From assembly GCF_002113885.1 (NCBI RefSeq), contig NW_018408902.1:1078550-1142549 (forward strand): a stretch of DNA of 64,000 bases. Reading direction: 5' to 3'. The notes under the pieces are model-generated. The model was not told the origin of the DNA and made no database searches. It worked only from the letters and a program-made list of their open reading frames with translations. The number at the start of each line of letters is the position of its first letter. Position 1 is the first letter of the stretch. Shown piece after piece: positions 48,879-63,264 of the stretch. The translations under genes and the position numbers were made by a program. The stretch is from Mizuhopecten yessoensis (lineage: Eukaryota).

Positions 48879-50162
48879 ATGATGAAGAAGATTACTTTTA
48901 AGGGAATGAGGCAATCGTTTCAACGCCGGCAGCGAAATCAAGGTGTAAAGGAAGAGAGTACGGATGGTGAGAACAGCGGTGATAAACATGGTGACTCACA
49001 AACTCTGTCACAACAAAACTATGCAGACACAGAACATACAACGACGGAAAATAGAAAAAAAGAGAAGTTTGGTATTCTTAAAAGCTTCAAAAGGAGGCTT
49101 ACGACTAATTTGCGGAAAAAGAGTGATGAAGGCGACAATGGTCGTAACATACTCGAGGACTTGGAATGTGGACATTACATGTCTGCGGGGGTGAAGGGTG
49201 AAGGAAATAGAGGGGGTAAGGTGAAGAGCAAGAGGAAACCGGCTCTGTGTGACATACCCTCCAAGTCCAACTCTTCCTCGCACAGTTATGACAGCCTCGA
49301 TCTAAACATACTACCCAACAATCTACAGAAACTGACTGATCTCCAATCAAATACCGATTCCAATGAATTGTGTTCCAAAAAGGAGAAAGCCAGCTGTCGC
49401 TCTAAAGATATTATGAAATTTCATACAACAGAAAGAATAAAAAGTGGTAGAAATAGCCAAAAAGATTGTGTTCATGTTCTACAGTTGGATTTAATGTCTA
49501 AAAATAACTGTGATGTCAATTCAATCAGTAGAAACAGCTGTCTCAATGTAAGTGCGTTAGTGTCGTATCAGGACCCTAGACTGATGGCAGATCTTTCAAA
49601 TTGTCAATCTCGAGATTCTATTGAATCAGACTTGCTAGATATGGATGAACCTCCGAAAGTTTGGAGTTTAACGCAAGAGTTGTTTAGGCTTTCAAAGTTT
49701 GGTTGGTATTGGGGGCCTATAACACGTGTGGAGGCGGAAGATAAACTAGCAAATCAACCAGATGGTGCTTTCCTTGTTCGTGATAGTTCAGATGAACGGT
49801 ACTTGTTGAGTCTAAGCTTCAGATCCTATGGAAGGACTTGGCATACACGTATTGAGCATTGTAATGGAATGTTCAGTTTCTATGCTCAACCAGACACTGA
49901 GGGTTATCCTTCTATTGTTGATCTAATTGAGCACTCCATGAACGACTCCCAGACTGGGATATTTTGTTATTCCCGATCAAGATCCCCTAGGGCTCCGTCA
50001 TTCCCTGTGAGACTCACAAAACCAATGTCCAGGTTTACCCAAGTGCGATCATTACAGTATCTGTGTAGATTTGTTATCAGACAGTACACTCGCTATGATC
50101 ATATCCAACATCTTCCACTACCAAGCAGAATAAAAGGCTGGATTGAGGAGAACCAGTACTAA
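48879..50162 (+). CDS. SOCS6: Suppressor of cytokine signalling 6, single coding exon, 427 aa
   Basis: N-terminus MKKITFK..RQSF; SH2 GWYWGPITRVEAEDKLANQPDGAFLVRDSSDERYLLSLSFRS...HTRIEH...FCYSRSR; SOCS box VRSLQYLCRFVIRQYTR...LPLP, all SOCS6-type. Confidence 0.95.
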   Translation: MMKKITFKGMRQSFQRRQRNQGVKEESTDGENSGDKHGDSQTLSQQNYADTEHTTTENRKKEKFGILKSFKRRLTTNLRKKSDEGDNGRNILEDLECGHYMSAGVKGEGNRGGKVKSKRKPALCDIPSKSNSSSHSYDSLDLNILPNNLQKLTDLQSNTDSNELCSKKEKASCRSKDIMKFHTTERIKSGRNSQKDCVHVLQLDLMSKNNCDVNSISRNSCLNVSALVSYQDPRLMADLSNCQSRDSIESDLLDMDEPPKVWSLTQELFRLSKFGWYWGPITRVEAEDKLANQPDGAFLVRDSSDERYLLSLSFRSYGRTWHTRIEHCNGMFSFYAQPDTEGYPSIVDLIEHSMNDSQTGIFCYSRSRSPRAPSFPVRLTKPMSRFTQVRSLQYLCRFVIRQYTRYDHIQHLPLPSRIKGWIEENQY

Positions 50163-50862
50163 CTGCAGCAATCATTAACTTTATCGAGTGCTCTCATGAT
50201 TCAACAATTTTCTAATATGGCATTATTTGGCACAAATACTGTTTTCAACATCTGTATTCCTTTAATTTGTGGAATGAACAAAGTTCAGTTTAGGCTATAT
50301 ATTTATTTTCTACCAAACCAAATAATGCAAATTGCAGACTTCCACGGCTGATTTTCTTATAATAATTTCTAAGTAAAAAAGATACTGTCCATCTGATTCT
50401 GCTGTCCTGTCTGACGTACTTCTGTTTTTTTTTTTTTTTTAGATGTTTGAGCATATGTACCTCAGTATCTTCTGATAGCTAGTTTTCTACTTCTGATTTT
50501 TCTTTTTTCATTTTCCTATTATATTTAAGGCTTGTTCATCAGTAGCTTTTATAGTTCTTACAGCTTCATACTGCCATTATATGCAAATTGTGTAACAAAA
50601 AACACTTGATGAAATCTATATATATATATTCATTTCATTTCATGGATTTTTACATTGAAATACAAGAAATGTAAAATTTATTTTACTCGTCTTATTTTTA
50701 ATTGCTGTGCAATATGAATGGTTATAGAACATAGTTCAGTTCTTTGATTTAAAGACATTGAAAATGTGTATGTGTACAAGACGTGGTAAAAATACAATTA
50801 ATTTAACTGTGTTGTGTATTTGGGATTGATTTTGTTCAATATTTTGAATGTATAATTGCATT

Positions 50863-53800
50863 TGGTGACCAGATGTGTCACTGGTTACAAGATGTATCAC
50901 TGGTGACGAGATGTATCACTGGTGACGAGATGTATCACTGGTGACCAGATTTATCACTGGTGACCAGATGTATCACCGATGACTAGATGTATGACGGGCA
51001 TGGTGACACCCTGTATCACTGGTGACTAAATATATTACTGGTTACTAAATGTATCAATGGTGACTAGCTATATATATATACATGTATCACTCGTGATTAG
51101 ATATATTATTGGTGAGCAGATGTATCACTGGTGACTAGATGTATCACTGGTGACCAGATGTATCACCGATGACTAGATGTATGACGGGCATGGTGACACC
51201 CTGTATCACTGGTTACTAAATGTATCAATGGTGACTAGCTATATATATATGTATCAATGGGGACCCGATGAATCACAGGTGACCATGATCATGTACATGT
51301 ATCACTGGTGATCAGATGTATCACAGATGACTAGATGTATGACTGGTGACCAGATGTATCACTGGTGACCAGATTTATCACTTGTGACTAGATGTATCAC
51401 TGGTGACCAGATGTATCACTGATTACTAGCTATATATCGATGTATCACTGGTGACCAGATGTATCACTGCTGGTGACTAGATGTATCACTGGTGACCAGA
51501 TTTATAACTGGTGACTAGATGTATCACCGATGACTAGATGTATCACTGGTGACCAGATGTATCATTGGTGACTAGTACAGAGCTATATATCGATGGATCA
51601 CTGGTGACCAGATGTATCATTGGTGACTAGTACAGATATATCACTGGTTATAATTACCAGATGTATTGCTGGTGACCAGAGGTATCACTGTTTACTAGAT
51701 GTATCACTGGTGACTAGATGTATCACTGGTGACAAGATGTATCACTGGTGACTAGATGTATTACTTGTGACTAGATGTATCACTGGGGACCAGATGTATC
51801 ACTGGTGACTAGATGTATCAATTACTAGCTATATATCGATGTATCACTGGTGACCAGATGTCTCACTGCTGGTGACTAGATGTATCACTGGTGACCAGAT
51901 GTATCACTGGTGACCAGATGTATCACTGATGACCAGATGTATCACATGTATCCGAGGTTAATTAAATATATAATAACTAGATCTAAATGTATCACTGGTG
52001 ACCAGATGTATCATTGGTGACTAGTACAGATATATCACTGGTTATAATTACCAGATGTATTGCTGGTGACCAGAGGTATCACTGTTTACTAGATGTATCA
52101 CTGGTGACAAGATGTATCACTGGTGACTAGATGTATCATGGGTTACCAGATATATCACTGGTGACAAGATGTATCACTGTTTACTAGATGTATCACTGGT
52201 GACTAGATGTATCACTGGTGACTAGATGTATCACTGGAGACCAGATATATCACTGGTGACTAGATGTATCACTGGTGACCAGATGTATCACCGATGACTA
52301 GATGTATCACTGGCATGGTGACACCCTGTATCACTGGTGACTAAATATATTACTGGTTACTAAATGTATCAATGGTGACTAGCTATATATATATGTATCA
52401 ATGGGGACCCGATGAATCACAGGTGACCATGATCAGATGTACATGTATCACTGGTGATCAGATGTATCACAAATAACTAGAAGTATCACTGGTGATCAGA
52501 TGTATCACTGGTTACTAAATATTAAATAACTAGATTTATCACTGGTGACAAGATGTATCACTGGTGACCAAAATAACTGGTGACAAGATGTATCACTGGT
52601 GACTAGCTAGATGTATCACTGGTGACCAGATTTATTACTGATGACTAGATGTATCACTGGTGACCAGATGTATCACTGGTGACCAGATGTACATGTACAT
52701 GTATCATTGGTGTCAAGATGTATCACTGGTAACTAAATATTAAATAACTAGATGTATCCACTGGTGACCAGATGTATCACTGGTGACTAGATGTATCACT
52801 GGTGACTAGATGTATCACTGGTGACCAGATGTATCACTGATTACTAGCTATATCTCGATGTATCACTGGTGACCAGATGTATCACTGGTGACAAGATGTA
52901 TCACTGGTGACCAGATGTATCACTGATTACTAGCTATATATCGATGTATCACTGGTGACCAGATGTATCACTGATTACTAGCTATATATCGATGTATCAC
53001 GGGTGACCAGATGTATCACTGGGGACTAGATGTATCACTGGTGACCAGATGTAGCACTGGTGACTAGATGTATCACTGGTGACTAGATGTATCACTGGTG
53101 ACCAGATGTATCACCAATGACTAGACGTATCACTGGCATGGATNCATGGTGACACCCTGTATCACTGGTGACTAAATATATTACTGGTTACTAAATGTAT
53201 CAATGGTGACTAGCTATATATATATACATGTATCACTGGTGATTAGATATATTATTGGTGACCAGATGTATCACTGGTGACTAGATGTATCACTGGTGAC
53301 CAGATGTATCACTGGTGAGTAGATGTATCACTGGTGACCAGATTTATCACTGGTGACCAGATGTATTACTGGTGACTAGATGTATCACTGGTGACTAGCT
53401 ATATATATATGTATCAATGGGGACCCGATGAATCACAGGTGACCAGATTTATAACTGGTGACTAGATGTATCACCGATGACTAGACGTATCACTGGCATG
53501 GTGACACCCTGTATCACTGGTGACTAAATATATTACTGGTTACTAAATGTATCAATGGTGACTAGCTATATATATATACATGTATCACTGGTGATTAGAT
53601 ATATTATTGGTGACCAGATGTATCACTGGTGACTAGATGTATCACTGGTGACCAGATGTATCACTGGTGAGTAGATGTATCACTGGTGACCAGATTTATC
53701 ACTGGTGACCAGATGTATTACTGGTGACTAGATGTATCACTGGTGACTAGCTATATATATATGTATCAATGGGGACCCGATGAATCACAGGTGACCAGAT

Positions 53801-56800
53801 TTATAACTGGTGACTAGATGTATCACCGATGACTAGACGTATCACTGGCATGGTGACACCCTGTATCACTGGTGACTAAATATATTACTGGTTACTAAAT
53901 GTATCAATGGTGACTAGCTATATATATATACATGTATCACTGGTGATTAGATATATTATTGGTGACCAGATGTATCACTGGTGACTAGATGTATCACTGG
54001 TGACCAGATGTATCACTGGTGAGTAGATGTATCACTGGTGACCAGATTTATCACTGGTGACCAGATGTATTACTGGTGACTAGATGTATCACTGGTGACT
54101 AGCTATATATATATGTATCAATGGGGACCCGATGAATCACAGGTGACCAGATTTATAACTGGTGACTAGATGTATCACCGATGACTAGACGTATCACTGG
54201 CATGGTGACACCCTGTATCACTGGTGACTAAATATATTACTGGTTACTAAATGTATCAATGGTGACTAGCTATATATATATACATGTATCACTGGTGATT
54301 AGATATATTATTGGTGACCAGATGTATCACTGGTGACTAGATGTATCACTGGTGACCAGATGTATCACTGGTGAGTAGATGTATCACTGGTGACCAGATT
54401 TATCACTGGTGACCAGATGTATTACTGGTGACTAGATGTATCACTGGTGACTAGCTATATATATATGTATCAATGGGGACCCGATGAATCACAGGTGACC
54501 AGATTTATAACTGGTGACTAGATGTATCACCGATGACTAGACGTATCACTGGCATGGTGACACCCTGTATCACTGGTGACTAAATATATTACTGGTTACT
54601 AAATGTATCAATGGTGACTAGCTATATATATATACATGTATCACTGGTGATTAGATATATTATTGGTGACCAGATGTATCACTGGTGACTAGATGTATCA
54701 CTGGTGACCAGATGTATCACTGGTGAGTAGATGTATCACTGGTGACCAGATTTATCACTGGTGACCAGATGTATTACTGGTGACTAGATGTATCACTGGT
54801 GACTAGCTATATATATATGTATCAATGGGGACCCGATGAATCACAGGTGACCAGATTTATAACTGGTGACTAGATGTATCACCGATGACTAGACGTATCA
54901 CTGGCATGGTGACACCCTGTATCACTGGTGACTAAATATATTACTGGTTACTAAATGTATCAATGGTGACTAGCTATATATATATACATGTATCACTGGT
55001 GATTAGATATATTATTGGTGACCAGATGTATCACTGGTGACTAGATGTATCACTGGTGACCAGATGTATCACTGGTGAGTAGATGTATCACTGGTGACCA
55101 GATTTATCACTGGTGACCAGATGTATTACTGGTGACTAGATGTATCACTGGTGACTAGCTATATATATATGTATCAATGGGGACCCGATGAATCACAGGT
55201 GACCAGATTTATAACTGGTGACTAGATGTATCACCGATGACTAGACGTATCACTGGCATGGTGACACCCTGTATCACTGGTGACTAAATATATTACTGGT
55301 TACTAAATGTATCAATGGTGACTAGCTATATATATATACATGTATCACTGGTGATTAGATATATTATTGGTGACCAGATGTATCACTGGTGACTAGATGT
55401 ATCACTGGTGACCAGATGTATCACTGGTGAGTAGATGTATCACTGGTGACCAGATTTATCACTGGTGACCAGATGTATTACTGGTGACTAGATGTATCAC
55501 TGGTGACTAGCTATATATATATGTATCAATGGGGACCCGATGAATCACAGGTGACCAGATTTATAACTGGTGACTAGATGTATCACCGATGACTAGACGT
55601 ATCACTGGCATGGTGACACCCTGTATCACTGGTGACTAAATATATTACTGGTTACTAAATGTATCAATGGTGACTAGCTATATATATATACATGTATCAC
55701 TGGTGATTAGATATATTATTGGTGACCAGATGTATCACTGGTGACTAGATGTATCACTGGTGACCAGATGTATCACTGGTGAGTAGATGTATCACTGGTG
55801 ACCAGATTTATCACTGGTGACCAGATGTATTACTGGTGACTAGATGTATCACTGGTGACTAGCTATATATATATGTATCAATGGGGACCCGATGAATCAC
55901 AGGTGACCAGATTTATAACTGGTGACTAGATGTATCACCGATGACTAGACGTATCACTGGCATGGTGACACCCTGTATCACTGGTGACTAAATATATTAC
56001 TGGTTACTAAATGTATCAATGGTGACTAGCTATATATATATACATGTATCACTGGTGATTAGATATATTATTGGTGACCAGATGTATCACTGGTGACTAG
56101 ATGTATCACTGGTGACCAGATGTATCACTGGTGAGTAGATGTATCACTGGTGACCAGATTTATCACTGGTGACCAGATGTATTACTGGTGACTAGATGTA
56201 TCACTGGTGACTAGCTATATATATATGTATCAATGGGGACCCGATGAATCACAGGTGACCAGATTTATAACTGGTGACTAGATGTATCACCGATGACTAG
56301 ACGTATCACTGGCATGGTGACACCCTGTATCACTGGTGACTAAATATATTACTGGTTACTAAATGTATCAATGGTGACTAGCTATATATATATACATGTA
56401 TCACTGGTGATTAGATATATTATTGGTGACCAGATGTATCACTGGTGACTAGATGTATCACTGGTGACCAGATGTATCACTGGTGAGTAGATGTATCACT
56501 GGTGACCAGATTTATCACTGGTGACCAGATGTATTACTGGTGACTAGATGTATCACTGGTGACTAGCTATATATATATGTATCAATGGGGACCCGATGAA
56601 TCACAGGTGACCAGATTTATAACTGGTGACTAGATGTATCACCGATGACTAGACGTATCACTGGCATGGTGACACCCTGTATCACTGGTGACTAAATATA
56701 TTACTGGTTACTAAATGTATCAATGGTGACTAGCTATATATATATACATGTATCACTGGTGATTAGATATATTATTGGTGACCAGATGTATCACTGGTGA

Positions 56801-59800
56801 CTAGATGTATCACTGGTGACCAGATGTATCACTGGTGAGTAGATGTATCACTGGTGACCAGATTTATCACTGGTGACCAGATGTATTACTGGTGACTAGA
56901 TGTATCACTGGTGACTAGCTATATATATATGTATCAATGGGGACCCGATGAATCACAGGTGACCAGATTTATAACTGGTGACTAGATGTATCACCGATGA
57001 CTAGACGTATCACTGGCATGGTGACACCCTGTATCACTGGTGACTAAATATATTACTGGTTACTAAATGTATCAATGGTGACTAGCTATATATATATACA
57101 TGTATCACTGGTGATTAGATATATTATTGGTGACCAGATGTATCACTGGTGACTAGATGTATCACTGGTGACCAGATGTATCACTGGTGAGTAGATGTAT
57201 CACTGGTGACCAGATTTATCACTGGTGACCAGATGTATTACTGGTGACTAGATGTATCACTGGTGACTAGCTATATATATATGTATCAATGGGGACCCGA
57301 TGAATCACAGGTGACCAGATTTATAACTGGTGACTAGATGTATCACCGATGACTAGACGTATCACTGGCATGGTGACACCCTGTATCACTGGTGACTAAA
57401 TATATTACTGGTTACTAAATGTATCAATGGTGACTAGCTATATATATATACATGTATCACTGGTGATTAGATATATTATTGGTGACCAGATGTATCACTG
57501 GTGACTAGATGTATCACTGGTGACCAGATGTATCACTGGTGAGTAGATGTATCACTGGTGACCAGATTTATCACTGGTGACCAGATGTATTACTGGTGAC
57601 TAGATGTATCACTGGTGACTAGCTATATATATATGTATCAATGGGGACCCGATGAATCACAGGTGACCAGATTTATAACTGGTGACTAGATGTATCACCG
57701 ATGACTAGACGTATCACTGGCATGGTGACACCCTGTATCACTGGTGACTAAATATATTACTGGTTACTAAATGTATCAATGGTGACTAGCTATATATATA
57801 TACATGTATCACTGGTGATTAGATATATTATTGGTGACCAGATGTATCACTGGTGACTAGATGTATCACTGGTGACCAGATGTATCACTGGTGAGTAGAT
57901 GTATCACTGGTGACCAGATTTATCACTGGTGACTAGATGTATTACTTGTGACTAGATGTATCACTGGTGACCAGATGTATCACTGATTAGTAGCTATATA
58001 TTGATGTATAACTGGTGACCCAATGTATCACTGGTGACCAGATGTATCACTGGTGACCAGATGTATTACTGATGACCAGATGTATCACATGTATCTGAGG
58101 TTAATTTAATATATAATAACTAGATCTAGATGTATCACTGGTGACCAGATGTATCATTGGTGACTAGTACAGATATATCACTGGTTATAATTACCAGATG
58201 TATTGCTGGTGACCAGAGGTATCACTGTTTACTAGATGTATCACTGGTGACAAGATGTATCACTGGTGACTAGATGTATCATGGGTTACCAGATATATCA
58301 CTGGTGACAAGATGTATCACTGTTTACTAGATGTATCACTGGTGACTAGATGTATCACTGGAGACCAGATATATCACTGGTGACTAGATGTATCACTGGT
58401 GACCAGATGTATCACCGATGACTAGATGTATCACTGGCATGGTGACACCCTGTATCACTGGTGACTAAATATATTACTGGTTACTAAATGTATCAATGGT
58501 GACTAGCTATATATATATGTATCAATGGGGACCCGATGAATCACAGGTGACCATGATCAGATGTACATGTATCACTGGTGATCAGATGTATCACAAATAA
58601 CTAGAAGTATCACTGGTGATCAGATGTATCACAGATAACTAGAAGTATCACTGGTGACCAGATGTATCACTGATAACTAGAAGTATCACTGGTGACCAGA
58701 TGTACATGTACATGTATCACTGGTGTCAAGATGTATCACTGGTAACTAAATATTAAATAACTAGATTTATCACTGGTGACTAGATTTATCACTGGTGACC
58801 AGATGTATCACTGGTGACAAGATGTATCACTGGTGACCAAAATAACTGGTGACCAGATGTATCACTGGTGACTAGATTTATCACTGGTGACCAGATGTAT
58901 CCACTGGTGACCAGATGTATCACTGGTGACAAGATGTATCACTGGTGACCAAAATAACTGGTGACCAGATGTATCACTGGTGACTAGATTTATCACTGGT
59001 GACCAGATGTATCCACTGGTGACCAGATGTATCACTGGTGACAAGATGTATCACTGGTGACCAAAATAACTGGTGACCAGATGTATCACTGGTGACTAGA
59101 TTTATCACTGGTGACCAGATGTATCCACTGGTGACCAGATGTATCACTGGTGACAAGATGTATCACTGGTGACCAAAATAACTGGTGACCAGATGTATCA
59201 CTGGTGACTAGCTAGATGTATCACTGGTGACCAGATTTATCACTGATGACTAGATGTATCACTGGTGACCAGATTTATCACTGGTGACTAGATGTATCAC
59301 TGGTGACCAGATTTATCACTGGTGACTAGATGTATCACTGGTGACCAGATGTATCACTGATTACTAGCTATATATCGATGTATCACTGGTGACCAGATGT
59401 ATCACTGGTGACTAGATGTATCACTGGTGACTAGATGTATCACTGGTGACCAGATGTATCACCGATGACTAGACGTATCACTGGCATGGTGACATCCTGT
59501 ATCACTTGTGACTAAATATATTACTGGTTACTAAATGTATCAATGGTGACTAGCTATATACATATGTATCAATGGGGACCCGGTGAATCACAGGTGACCA
59601 TGATCAGATGTACATGTATCACTGGTGATCAGATGTATCACAGATAACTAGAAGTATCACTGGTGACCAGATGTATCACTGATAACTAGAAGTATCACTG
59701 GTGACCAGATGTATCACTGATTACTAGAAGTATCACTGGTGACCAGATGTCCATGTACATGTTGTATTACTTGTGACTAGATGTATCACTGGTGACCAGA

Positions 59801-60252
59801 TTTATCACTGATGACTAGATGTATCACTGGTGACTAGATTTATCACTGGTGACCAGATGTATCACTGGTGACCAAAATAACTGGTGACAAGATGTATCAC
59901 TAGTGACTAGCTAGATGTATCACTGGTGACCAGATTTATCACTGATGACTAGATGTATCACTGGTGACTAGATTTATCACTGGTGACCAGATGTATCACT
60001 GATTACTAGAAGTATCACTGGTGACCAGATGTACATGTACATGTATCACTGGTGTCAAGATGTATTACTGGTAACTAAATATTAAATAACTAGATTTATC
60101 ACTGGTGACCAAAATAACTGGTGACAAGATGTATCACTGGTGACTAGCTAGATGTATCACTGGTGACCAGATGTATCACTGGTGACTAGATGTATCACTG
60201 GTGACCAGATTTATCACTGGTGACCAGATGTATCACTGGTGACCAGATGTAT
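50863..60252. repeat. 9.4-kb satellite, 19-bp monomer TGTATCACTGGTGAC(C/T)AGA, with 352-bp higher-order repeat
   Basis: Marker GGACCCGATG recurs every 352 bp from 53421 to 57645 (13 occurrences); 112-bp sub-period around 58790-59210; single N at 53144. Confidence 0.98.
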
Positions 60253-60960
60253 GAGTGATGACCTTCATCCTATTAGGCCCATCCTTCATTTTATAAAACA
60301 TTTGATGTGTTTTGCTCATTAATGCTCCATACCATATTCGGTAAAAAAAACCTTCATCAAACCTTGGATTGTCCTGTTAGTATTTCCCTCTGTTCCAAGT
60401 GGCCGGGGATCAAACCAGCCCCTTCATTTATATAACATTGATCATGAATGTCCTTTACCAAGTGGTGATCCATACTGAATTTATTCAAATTCCTTTCAGC
60501 TGTTCTGGACAAGTACTGTAATGGAAAAGTTAATGATTGATGATGGACGGTTCCCTGTGGCATAAAAATATAAGCTCACTTCAATAGTTTAGAATATATA
60601 TATTCTTCAACAAGATTTTTTTCTTATTTTAACCTTGACCTTGTGGTGAATCAAGTAAAAGTCATGTTTAGCAAAAAACTAAATTAAGAAACTGTAGTGA
60701 TTTATTAGCTAACAATTAAATAACAACAAGCTTTGAAGTCAATAATTTCCCCCGTATATATTGTTTTATTCTGCAACTGCAATCATTCAACACACATAAC
60801 AACATGTAAAGAATACTTTGTAGTCATCAGTCGTAAGTATACAATTTAAATTCATTAACATAAATACTGGAACACAACTGAATCAAACTAATTACTCTTT
60901 CAAACAAAAAAAATCCATTGACAAGACTGGTTAATATCAGGAAAACAATTTATCCACAAA

Positions 60961-62680
60961 ACAAGAGGCCCAGTATCGCTCACCTGGATACCTAAGCAAT
61001 CATGGCAAACTATTCTCCAAATGAGATCAAGGGAATATGCCAGACCCCAAGGCCAATCCTTGTAGCATAGCTATATTAGATTTTTCATGCCCAGCAATTT
61101 TATGTATGGTTATGGGGTGGGGATCTCAACTGTTTCCAAGCTTTGACTCAGAAACTAGGTCCCTAGAATTGTGGCCAGACCCCAGGATCGATTCTAATAT
61201 CGTGACTGCATTTGTCTCTTTTTGCCAAGCATTTGTATATATAGTTTTGGGGTGGGGATCTCAACCGTTTCAAAGTTATGACCCAGGGGCCAAGTCTGCA
61301 AGGGTGGGGCAGACCCTGGGATCAATTCTAATATCATGACTGCATTCGTCTCTTTATGCCCAACAATTGTATATATAGTTTTGGGGTGGGGATATTAACC
61401 ATTTCAAAGTTATGACCCAGGGGTTAAGTCTCCAAGGGTGGGGCAGTCCCCAAGGCCAACCTGGAAGCATATGTGCAATCATCTCTTTATACTCAGCAAT
61501 TGTATATATACGGTTATAGGGTGGGGCTCTCAACTGTTTCCAAGCTGTGACTAAGAAACTAGGTCCCTAGGGGTTCGGTCAGACCCCAGGGTCTATTCTG
61601 ATATCATGATTGCATTCGTCTCTTTATGCCCAGCATTTGTATATATAGTTTTGGGGTGGGGATCTCAACCGTTTTAAAGTTATGGCCCAGGGACTATGTC
61701 TCCAAGGGTGGGGCCAGACCCTAGGGACATCCTGGAAGCAAATGTGCATTCTTCTCTTTATACTCAGCAATTGTATATATGGTTATATGGTGGGGATCTC
61801 AACCATTTCCAAGTAATACATTTTATTGGCCCCACCCCTTAGCCCGGGGGGTCAGCCCCACCATTTGTACAATTTTGAATCCCTGCCTCCCATGAATACT
61901 TCCGACCAAATATGATCAATATCCATGGCATAGTTCTGCAGAAGAAGTCATTTATAGCAATATAACCAAATTGCCCCCTTTTGGCCCCGCCCCTCAGCCC
62001 CCTGGGGGGTCAGCCCAACCGTTTGTACAATTTTGAATCTCCACCACCTAGAGATGCTTCCAGTCAAATAAGGTTGATATCCATCACTTAGTTCCAGAGA
62101 AGAAGTCACTTAAAGCAGTATAGCCAAATACCCTTTTTGGCCCTGCCCCTCAGCCCCCTGGGGGGTCAGCCACACCATTTGTACAATTTTAAATCCCTGC
62201 CTCCAAGGAATGCTTTTGATCAAATATGATTGATATCCAGTGCACAGTTCTACAGAAGAAGTCGTTTGTAGCAATATAGCCAAATTGCCCCCTTTTGGCC
62301 CCGCCCCTAAGCCCCCTGAAGAGTCAGCCCCAACATTTGTACAATTTTTAATCACCACCACCTAGGGATGCTTCCAGTCAAATATGGTTGATATCCACTC
62401 CTAAGTTCCAGAGAAGAAGTCTCTTAAAGCAATATGGACAAATTGACCCCTTTTGGCCCCGCCCCTCAGCCCTTTAGGGGGTCAGCCCCACCACTTGTAC
62501 AATTTTGAATCCCCACCACCTAGGGATGCTTCCAGTCAAATTTAGTTTAATTCCAACCGGTGGTTAAGAAGAAGAAGTTGTTTAAAGAAATTGTTGACGT
62601 ACGGACGGACAGACAGACGGACGACGGACGCCACGGTATGGCATAAGCTCACCTTGGTCCTTCGGACCAGGTGAGCTAAT
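60961..62680 (-). mobile_element. Non-autonomous Helentron-associated element (HINE/DINE-like) with internal tandem arrays
   Basis: Minus strand starts TTAGCTCACCTGGTCCGAAGGACCAAGGTGAGCT (subterminal IR plus hairpin), then (GTCC/GTCT)n microsatellite, ~157-bp repeats (61820-62580), ~135-bp repeats (61040-61810), and ends CCAGGTGAGCGATACTGGGCCTCTTGT; T-rich flanks, no TSD. Confidence 0.85.
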
Positions 62681-63264
62681 AAAAACTGGAAACAATATTT
62701 CTGTGTAAATATGACTGATGATGGAAGGCATGGGTAATAAAATGTATCTGTATTTTAGGAGAGAGATCAGGGAGGCTTGCAACCTAAAGAGACAAAACCA
62801 GAGTAAAGGTAACACTCCTGAAACTTCGTCCTACTAGTATTCATCTCTATATTTTAATAAATTGCATTGTCTGTAATAAGTGACAGGATGCTCACAAAGC
62901 AAAATAATATCCCTCATTTATTATCAATTATGCATCAAACATGCTATCTTCTACAACTATTCAAAACATTTCCAACTTCTGAAAATATATTGAGGATGGA
63001 ATATTCTTAAACATAAATTGTAAATCAAATAATTGATATTGAATACCGGGTAATGCACTCATTTGAATGTACAATCATGTAGACTTTTAATATCATATAT
63101 AGTACAACATTTTAATTAACATAATCTAATCCCTAATAACAAAAATTCTCTAAAGTGCTTCATATTCATGGGATGACAGACATAGAAATTAAACATAAAC
63201 AGAAGAGTGTGGGATCACCCTTACTCAAATAGATCTAACCAGGAGATTTTCTTCAGTCTTCCTC

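Noticed and set aside
50863-60252. CRISPR array or coding repeat
   Set aside because: Contiguous 19-bp monomers without unique spacers; frequent stops.
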